A stretch of 64,000 nucleotides of DNA from a virus: IMG/VR virus record IMGVR_UViG_3300030117_007501, positions 94,283-158,282 of that record; one strand, written 5' to 3'. This document shows, in pieces, positions 57,652 to 64,000 of this stretch. Position 1 is the stretch's first letter. Every line of letters starts with the position of its first letter. A program made the position numbers and the translations under genes. The notes beneath the pieces were generated by a model. It was not told the DNA's origin and made no database searches. It worked only from the letters and a program-made list of their open reading frames with translations.

Positions 57652-58459
57652 AAAAAGAAACACCGCGTTTGTTTATGAGGCACTTATCAGAGAGCTAACC
57701 AAGGCTGTCGTGAGAAAGAACAAGCAAAGAAAGAATCAGATAGTTTCAATTATCAAGGAGCACTTCAACAACGACACCTTGTTGTCTAGAGAGCTATCCT
57801 TGTATCAAGCAATATGCGAATCTAGGGACTTGAATAAGGAAACTGCTGAAAGAGTAATAATCGAATCTAGGATTTCCCACCGCTCGCTAGATAAGAAGGC
57901 TCTATATCGAGAACAGAGCAGCCTCATCAAAAAGATAAACAAGACATTATCAGGAAACATATTTAACAATTTTGTTCCAAACTACAGAAGTATAGCAAGC
58001 GCTTATTCTATTTTTAATTCTGAGATTCCCCCCAAAGACAGAGTTTTGCTGGAGAGCAAGATGGCAGAACTGATGACTTTGGAAGAGTCGGAAAAGAGCA
58101 GCGAAGAGAAGAGACATATTGACAACATAGTGTACAAGACTTTTGTCAAAAAGTTTAACAGTGAATATGGAGAAACTCTTCTGTCCGAGCAAAAGGAACT
58201 TTTAAGCAGATATATAACTTCGTTCTCTGATAACGGTATAGAACTGAAGATATACATGAACGAAGAGATAGGTAGATTAAAAGATGTAGTATCTAACGCT
58301 GAAACAAACGTTCACGTCAGCGAGGATAAGGATATGAAGCAGAAAGCCGAAAAGGTTCTCGAACTCCTTCAGGATTTCAAAAATCGAGAAATAGACGACT
58401 CGATGGTGGAAAAGACACTTAAAATACAAGATTTAGCTAATGAGTTGACAGAGCAATGA
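57632..58459 (+). CDS. head-module hypothetical protein
   Basis: KHNKKRNTAFVYEAL N-terminus; overlaps the portal end; CTAATTA at 57542. Confidence 0.65.
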   Translation: MRLKHNKKRNTAFVYEALIRELTKAVVRKNKQRKNQIVSIIKEHFNNDTLLSRELSLYQAICESRDLNKETAERVIIESRISHRSLDKKALYREQSSLIKKINKTLSGNIFNNFVPNYRSIASAYSIFNSEIPPKDRVLLESKMAELMTLEESEKSSEEKRHIDNIVYKTFVKKFNSEYGETLLSEQKELLSRYITSFSDNGIELKIYMNEEIGRLKDVVSNAETNVHVSEDKDMKQKAEKVLELLQDFKNREIDDSMVEKTLKIQDLANELTEQ

Positions 58460-59034
58460 CAATCAAAATAAACATAAGTCCAGAAATAGCAGGAGCAGAG
58501 CCTACACCGGAGGCTCCTAAACCAATTGTTATTGAATTGGACGCAAGAAGAACAATAGACGGAAATATTATGATAATGGATCATGAGGACATTGACATTG
58601 TTCTAATGCCATCTAAGTCTAAGTGCCTTGCTTTGGCAAAAGAGATGCACGATGATAAAGTTTATGGCGCACAGGATAGGTTGTTTAGGTTTTTGTCGAA
58701 AAGTGGAGTTATTGTCCTTGAGTCGATACAGAGCGGAAATGTGTATGGCTCAATGGAGGCAACGATTCCTGAGTCTGCTATAGAAGGAATTGATTCGACA
58801 CAAGCTGTCCTTTATTCTGTCTATAAGTATCTTCAGGAGGAGGCGCCATATTTTACTGCAACTTCGAAGATAAGAAACAAGTCTCTGAATCACTTGTTGC
58901 ATCCTGACGATGAGCACGCAACAGACTTGGGCACTGTTCCGCATAAGTCAAGAAAGGGTTCTCACTCTCCTTCTGTTCGTCCTTACGGCTATATGTACAA
59001 CTACTCTCTCCTGAGAGAAGGTGAGGAAGAGTGA
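58456..59034 (+). CDS. head-module hypothetical protein
   Basis: ATGA-coupled 192-aa ORF. Confidence 0.6.
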   Translation: MTIKINISPEIAGAEPTPEAPKPIVIELDARRTIDGNIMIMDHEDIDIVLMPSKSKCLALAKEMHDDKVYGAQDRLFRFLSKSGVIVLESIQSGNVYGSMEATIPESAIEGIDSTQAVLYSVYKYLQEEAPYFTATSKIRNKSLNHLLHPDDEHATDLGTVPHKSRKGSHSPSVRPYGYMYNYSLLREGEEE

Positions 59035-59333
59035 TAGATTTAGCTTTCTTTGTGCTTTGTTCGTTTGGTCTTACTCAAATTTTACTCTTCGGTTCAATAT
59101 TCGATGATATCCGCCCCACCAATGGAACGATAGGGAAACTCTTTCGTTGTCCTATGTGTATGGGCTTTTGGACAGGCTTATTTCTTTGGGGCATAAACGA
59201 TACAACAGAACTATTTAGTTTTGATCCGTCACCTGCAACTGGACTGCTTTTGGGCTTTCTTAGTTCTGGGACGTGTTATGTGCTTTCTATGCTCGTTGAT
59301 GATTACGGGTTTAAGGTTTCAAGAGGAGAATGA
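59031..59333 (+). CDS. DUF1360-like CxxC membrane protein
   Basis: Three hydrophobic segments and GKLFRCPMCMGFW motif; GAGG SD and GTGA overlap. Confidence 0.65.
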   Translation: MIDLAFFVLCSFGLTQILLFGSIFDDIRPTNGTIGKLFRCPMCMGFWTGLFLWGINDTTELFSFDPSPATGLLLGFLSSGTCYVLSMLVDDYGFKVSRGE

Positions 59334-59334
59334 C

Positions 59335-59388
59335 ATGACTGCGAAATGGAAATTGCAACCAGTACGTAGATGCTGTAGGGGTAAATAG
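59335..59388 (+). CDS. unannotated 17-aa peptide MTAKWKLQPVRRCCRGK
   Basis: AGGAG SD 6 nt upstream; fills the gap between the CxxC membrane gene and the protease; below the ORF-track size cutoff. Confidence 0.5.
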   Translation: MTAKWKLQPVRRCCRGK

Positions 59389-59393
59389 CCGAC

Positions 59394-59418
59394 GCGGGTG
59401 ATCCCCGCTGCTTGTTTT
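59394..59418 (+). terminator. GC hairpin with weak U-tract (terminator/attenuator or recoding element)
   Basis: GCGGG-TGATC-CCCGC followed by TGCTTGTTTT. Confidence 0.35.
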
Positions 59419-59436
59419 CGTGAGAGGAGTAAAGTT

Positions 59437-60027
59437 ATGAAGCTAATAAGAGAATATTTCGAACTATGCGAAGGTGGCATATGCCAGGATTTGCTAACTG
59501 AAGAAGAAAAGATAAAAGTCAAGAACGGTGCCCTGTACTTATCTGGGATAATGCAGATGTCCGAGACAAAAAATGGAAACGGAAGAGTCTACCCTCATGC
59601 GATTCTCGAAAGAGAGGTTAACAACTACAATAAACTTGTGAAAGAGAGAAGAGCCCTCGGAGAACTCGATCACCCAGAGGACTCTGTTGTAAATTTAAAA
59701 AATTGTTCGCACCTTGTAACAGCCATATGGATGGAGGAAAACAAGGTGTTTGGAAAAATAGAAGTATTAAATACTCCTGCCGGCAGTATTTTGCGTAACC
59801 TAGTTGAAAGTGGAGTCAAGATGGGTATATCTTCTCGAGGCATGGGTTCTGTTCGCGAGTCGAACGGGCAAACGATAGTAGAAGATGACTTTCAGTTGAT
59901 TTGTTTTGATATGGTTTCTGATCCATCCACTCCGGGAGCTTTTATGATGACGGAAGCAAAGAATTCTTCTAACGTCTTCACTAAAGCGGACTCGATAAAC
60001 AGAAAGTTGAATGACATTTTAAAATAG
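59437..60027 (+). CDS. gp21: prohead core protease (T4 gp21-like)
   Basis: KNGNGRVYP, ALGELDHP, SHLVT, TPAG, GISSRGMGS, FDMVSDPSTPGAF; AGGAG SD before ATG 59437. Confidence 0.95.
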   Translation: MKLIREYFELCEGGICQDLLTEEEKIKVKNGALYLSGIMQMSETKNGNGRVYPHAILEREVNNYNKLVKERRALGELDHPEDSVVNLKNCSHLVTAIWMEENKVFGKIEVLNTPAGSILRNLVESGVKMGISSRGMGSVRESNGQTIVEDDFQLICFDMVSDPSTPGAFMMTEAKNSSNVFTKADSINRKLNDILK

Positions 60028-60040
60028 GAATTTTTCAGTT

Positions 60041-62953
60041 ATGCCCAAGAAGATAAGAGTTGTAAAAAGAAGAAGTCATACCTTAAGAGAGCGAAAGGTA
60101 ACAGAGCAGAATAGGCAAGAGATAGTGTTGCAAGAGGGCTTGCTTAACAAGATTAAAAGGGCTTTTAAGTCCGCTAGTCTTGAAAAAGGCGGCAGCATCA
60201 TCGGCAGAGGTTCACGATCAAGAGACGCTAAGAAGGTAGTGCAGTCAATTCTAGACAAAGAGTCCAACAAATTCATTAAGGATTTAGACTCAGACATAAA
60301 AGAAAAGTTTCCAGGCTTTCCAAACAACGATGAGGCAGAGAATTTTAACCTAGGTGCTACAAGTATTTTGGCAGTATATTATAGTATAGTTGCTGCTGCT
60401 GGACAGTGCGGCACAGAGGGGCTGCAGTGTGATCCGAAAAATAATCTAAAAAAAGGTGATGAAGGCTGGCTTCCAATTATGGCAGCAAACCAAATAATCG
60501 AAGATTTGGAAATATATGCGAAGTATGTTGTTGACTATAAGATGGGTGATTACTTTAAGCATGCTATGAACGAGGGTGCTGAAGAAAATCAGAAGATGTA
60601 CTCTCTGACAGAGCAGCAAATAGAAAGAATGGACGAGCTGTGGGGTTCCGCACAATCGAAAATGAACAAGGCTGTTGCAGCCTCTGAGAAGGGCGAAGCG
60701 CTTCCTGGCGAAAAGGTTTCGGATAGGGAAAGGCTTTTCGGCAAGGGGAAGAAAACCTTTGCTATGGCAGGACTTCAAGACAGATTTCTTCCAGCCGTCT
60801 TAGCAGCGATGGGCTCTGCAACTGGACTAGCACACATAATAACAGCTAGCTTTGTTCCTGATGACTACACGTTCGAATCGTTTGGAAATGCACAGGCTCA
60901 GGAGACTGTTGAGAAAGAGTTCGGAGGACTAGAGCAGGCTATAGCTGATAAGGGCGAAAACTTAACTTCTACTCTCGCAGAGTTGGCAGGCTCTCCTCAG
61001 AACGCTACGACTATGGGGGAGTTTGCAGAGCAGTTCGAACAGGTATCTAACAATACAGACTATTCAATTGAAGAGATAACGGCAGCTTTCGAGAAGGACT
61101 TGGGCATGCCAATGCAGGATGCCGACAAGATGATGAACCACATGGTTGAATTCGGCAAAGCGAATGCTGATGCGAGCTATGGTTCAGTTGTAAATGACAC
61201 GGGTGTGTCGCAAGAGTTCATAAATCATGTCGCACAATCTGATCCACAATTTGCAGAAGAGCTTAAGGAAGGCGCAGCAGGCTCAGGTAGATTCAAGGGT
61301 GGTTTCACAAACCTTTTGGGTATTAAGCCTGGTACGGTTGTGTTGGCTGCGTCATGGGGCTGGAGACTCACCAAAGAGGCGTTCCGCCAATCAGGGCATG
61401 CCGTGATGGATCCTACATTCACACAGGCATTGGTTGGCTCTGGTGCGTTAGCTAAGATAGGTATTGGGTTCTTGGCAATGGGCGGACTCATAACCTTAGT
61501 CAGAAAGCATGGCGAAGAGCATGGTAGAGCTGCAGCAATGCAGGCAGTCATTGACAAGATTAATCCGATATCGGGTGCTCAACCAGAGCCAGTCGAAGAA
61601 GAAGATTGTGTAACGCTAGCTAAGAAGATGGACAGCGAAATACAGGTTGGCGACTTCGTTATGTATGAGGAGAGACAAGGTTCTAAGAAGGCGCAAGGAG
61701 AGTTTGAGACAGATTTTAGTGTGGCAATCGTAGTAGACAAGCTTAAGGGCGTCGACGCTGACATAGAAAATCCAAAAAACCTTTGGACAGCGAAAGAGGA
61801 AGAGGGCGAAGAGGAAAAAGAAGAGTTGTCAGAGGGCCCACTTCCAAGCGGTGCAGCCTTGGGAACAGATAGGATACAAGGTTCGAAGGATACAGGAGAG
61901 GATTATAGAAACAGAATTTTCTGGAACATTTTTGAAATAGCCGTACGAACCTCGGACAAGCATGGAAAGACTCCTAGCGGCACCCAGCACGCTGCAGCGG
62001 TTTTTAGAAAGGAAGGTGACAATCCTTGCCGCCCATATATAACAAAGATATCAGAAGAGCAAGCAAGAACGCACATAAACACTATGTTGGCAGGTGGGGT
62101 GTTTGATGATTCAATTGATGCTTTCTTGAATAGTGACTCCGAAGTGGCACAGAACTTGAGAGATCAGGGTGCTGTTGAGAAGATAATGAACATAATTGCT
62201 GATGCTAACCCTGCAGAGATAACAGAGCAGGAAGAGCCGGAGCAGGTAGATCCTCTCGGCGGATTCAAAGACGAAAAGGGCGGTATCAAAGCAAGAAAGA
62301 TATTTCAGCAGTTGGGAATCGGAAACCCAGAAGCTGATCCGTCAATACAGGTATATCAGTTTCTCATGTCAGCTATCAGCGCCTTGAACCGCGCTGGAGA
62401 GGCTCCTCTTAAGAGAATTAAGAGATTGTCTGATGCAATAAGCAAGTTTAGCTGGCGCGGAGGCAGGAGAATTCCTACATCCAAAAAGAAAGAGGTGTTC
62501 AATTTAATCGCCTCTGCTGATCCTTTGCTTTCTGCTGGTGAAGATGGTGTAGGGACAGATATCGACAGAGCAAAAGGATATCTATCAGCCGTTGAGGACT
62601 TGTATAGCCATTCTCGATGCAAGGAGTGGTGTATATTGGCTATCATCAGAGGGAACAGAGAGACAAAGAAAAAGTACTTGACTGATAAGATAGGCGGTAA
62701 AAAGAATCCTAGTAGATCTACTCCGGACAAGTGGCTCGAGTTTGTTCAAAAGCAGGATCCGGAAATGAGATGGCAAGCTCGCCCGAAGGCGAAGGCTAAA
62801 GCTGCTGACAAGGTAGCGTGGAAGGAAAAGCAAGAAAAGAGAGCAGCAGCTTACATGCAGTTCTTGGACTCTGGAGATATTGTAAAAGAATCCACTGAGA
62901 TTAACGAAACGTACGATCGCTGGCAAAAACTGGCGGGTATTCTGAAAGGATAA
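60041..62953 (+). CDS. large probable internal head/ejected protein
   Basis: Follows the protease; many L/I-x-E sites, internal hydrophobic helices, C-terminal RWQKLAGI motif. Confidence 0.55.
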   Translation: MPKKIRVVKRRSHTLRERKVTEQNRQEIVLQEGLLNKIKRAFKSASLEKGGSIIGRGSRSRDAKKVVQSILDKESNKFIKDLDSDIKEKFPGFPNNDEAENFNLGATSILAVYYSIVAAAGQCGTEGLQCDPKNNLKKGDEGWLPIMAANQIIEDLEIYAKYVVDYKMGDYFKHAMNEGAEENQKMYSLTEQQIERMDELWGSAQSKMNKAVAASEKGEALPGEKVSDRERLFGKGKKTFAMAGLQDRFLPAVLAAMGSATGLAHIITASFVPDDYTFESFGNAQAQETVEKEFGGLEQAIADKGENLTSTLAELAGSPQNATTMGEFAEQFEQVSNNTDYSIEEITAAFEKDLGMPMQDADKMMNHMVEFGKANADASYGSVVNDTGVSQEFINHVAQSDPQFAEELKEGAAGSGRFKGGFTNLLGIKPGTVVLAASWGWRLTKEAFRQSGHAVMDPTFTQALVGSGALAKIGIGFLAMGGLITLVRKHGEEHGRAAAMQAVIDKINPISGAQPEPVEEEDCVTLAKKMDSEIQVGDFVMYEERQGSKKAQGEFETDFSVAIVVDKLKGVDADIENPKNLWTAKEEEGEEEKEELSEGPLPSGAALGTDRIQGSKDTGEDYRNRIFWNIFEIAVRTSDKHGKTPSGTQHAAAVFRKEGDNPCRPYITKISEEQARTHINTMLAGGVFDDSIDAFLNSDSEVAQNLRDQGAVEKIMNIIADANPAEITEQEEPEQVDPLGGFKDEKGGIKARKIFQQLGIGNPEADPSIQVYQFLMSAISALNRAGEAPLKRIKRLSDAISKFSWRGGRRIPTSKKKEVFNLIASADPLLSAGEDGVGTDIDRAKGYLSAVEDLYSHSRCKEWCILAIIRGNRETKKKYLTDKIGGKKNPSRSTPDKWLEFVQKQDPEMRWQARPKAKAKAADKVAWKEKQEKRAAAYMQFLDSGDIVKESTEINETYDRWQKLAGILKG

Positions 62954-62956
62954 AAG

Positions 62957-63376
62957 ATGGATAAGTCTGAATTAAAGAAAATTCTAAAGCCTTTAATAAA
63001 GGATTGTATAAAAGAGGTGATATTTGAAGAAGGGGTGCTCTCTTCTATAATATCGGAAGTTGTAAAAGGGACGGCAGGCAACAATATTGTCGAAACTAGA
63101 CAGCAAAATGAAACCTCAGAAGCTTTGAGGAAAGAAGCAATCGAGGCTAGAAATCAAAAAATTCAAGAAACAAGAAAGAAAATGGCAAATGCGTTAGGAA
63201 ATGATGCATATGCTGGTATATTTGAAAACGTAGAGCCACTAAAGACGGGCGGGACACCATCTGCACCATCTGCACCAGCTAACCCTTTGAGTGGTTACGC
63301 ACCCGACGATGCAGGGGTTGATATTCGCGGCTTGTTGTCAGTGGCTGGTGATAAGTGGGGCAAACTAAGAGGATAA
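62957..63376 (+). CDS. head-module protein with LKKILKPLIKDCIKE N-terminal motif
   Basis: AAGGA SD; N-terminal motif related to ORF 48572. Confidence 0.6.
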   Translation: MDKSELKKILKPLIKDCIKEVIFEEGVLSSIISEVVKGTAGNNIVETRQQNETSEALRKEAIEARNQKIQETRKKMANALGNDAYAGIFENVEPLKTGGTPSAPSAPANPLSGYAPDDAGVDIRGLLSVAGDKWGKLRG

Positions 63377-63377
63377 A

Positions 63378-63602
63378 ATGGGAAGAAGAACTCCGGTAAA
63401 TGTTGAAGTGATTGTATATGATCAAGATTCAATTGGAAGAATGATAAAGAAGTTTACTAGAAAAGTCAAAAAGTGTGGCATTCTCGATGAAGTACATGAA
63501 AGAAGGTATTATACGAAGCGTTCTGACAAGAAGCGCGCAGAAAAAAAGAGAAGACGGCGCTTGATTGAAATAGAAAACGAAAAAAGAAGAAATAATAACT
63601 AA
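63378..63602 (+). CDS. rpsU: phage-encoded 30S ribosomal protein bS21
   Basis: VEVIV..QDSIGRMIKKFTRKVKKCGILDEVHERRYYTKRSDKKR matches the bS21 pattern; highly basic 74 aa; GAGGA SD. Confidence 0.88.
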   Translation: MGRRTPVNVEVIVYDQDSIGRMIKKFTRKVKKCGILDEVHERRYYTKRSDKKRAEKKRRRRLIEIENEKRRNNN

Positions 63603-63605
63603 TTA
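63599..63605 (+). promoter_or_regulatory. candidate late promoter motif CTAATTA
   Basis: Overlaps the bS21 stop, upstream of AAGGAG SD and ATG 63630. Confidence 0.5.
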
Positions 63606-63629
63606 CACTAAGTTAAGGAGAGTTTTAAA

Positions 63630-64000
63630 ATGGCATCAGGTTTTGGACACGTAGCAGGCACAGGGCAGTTCCGAGAGTATGGTTCGCCTGGAATCAGATC
63701 AACAGGCTCGTATCTTATCGGCGCGCGCCCGTTTATACTCAAGGCAGAGCTTGACGGCGGAAAAGTGTATAAGATTGAATTCCCGTATGTTACCCGCGCA
63801 ATAACAGTCATCAGTCAAGACGCCGCAAGCGACGATGTGGCAGTTGCTTTCGCAAACCATGCTAATACTTGGGCTCATCATGCGATAACTTTATCAAACA
63901 ACCGCGACAGTATAACGATGAATGTTAGAACTTCGTCCCTTTATCTAAAGGCATTGTCGGGTGACGTCACTGTAGAAATATTTGCAGAAATGACAGACAT
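63630..64000 (+). CDS. partial probable virion protein (runs off the window end)
   Basis: AAGGAG SD; open frame MASGFGHVAG...GSYLIGARPF...IEFPYVTRAITV... continues to 64000. Confidence 0.7.
   Translation, partial: MASGFGHVAGTGQFREYGSPGIRSTGSYLIGARPFILKAELDGGKVYKIEFPYVTRAITVISQDAASDDVAVAFANHANTWAHHAITLSNNRDSITMNVRTSSLYLKALSGDVTVEIFAEMTD

Noticed and set aside
440-63881. Numerous minus-strand and nested plus-strand ORFs of 60-150 aa in the ORF track
   Set aside because: Almost all lie within long motif-bearing + strand genes, lack SDs and recognisable motifs, and look like shadow ORFs
1-64000. Genome-wide stop-codon reassignment, as in some large phages
   Set aside because: Conserved genes are full length in the standard code and TAA, TAG and TGA all end genes
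1-64000. tRNA, rRNA, CRISPR array or IS/integrase
   Set aside because: Intergenic gaps are under about 105 nt; no cloverleaf, repeat-spacer pattern or transposase motif was seen by eye

Overview
The window is a 64 kb piece of a large tailed dsDNA phage genome, T4-like (myovirus-type) and distantly related to T4. All credible genes lie on the + strand, are tightly packed (many ATGA/TAATG overlaps) and use the standard genetic code. In order it holds: (1) a GDP-sugar cluster (DUF6165-like, perosamine synthase-like, ColD-like 3-dehydratase, Fcl/ColC, Gmd); (2) a gp55-like late sigma factor; (3) a ~40 kb baseplate/tail region with an M15 peptidase hub protein, a spike protein, a 4029-aa giant protein, gp25, gp6, a 3123-aa LamG-containing gp7-like protein and several paralogous collar/fibre-anchor proteins; (4) a J-domain protein, RuvC-like resolvase, primase and a single-chain Mre11-Rad50 (SbcD-SbcC) fusion; (5) a putative holin/spanin cassette; (6) a head module (TerL, portal, prohead protease, probable internal proteins) with a phage-encoded ribosomal protein bS21. 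The most interesting unexplained signals are a strong [S/T]-G-S tripeptide enrichment confined to some baseplate proteins (candidate glycosylation sequon, tied to the sugar cluster), an unannotated 17-aa Cys-Cys ORF followed by TAG and a hairpin in frame with the prohead protease, and a recurring CTAHTTA candidate late promoter alongside canonical sigma70 promoters. All calls come from motif recognition by eye; no database searches were run.
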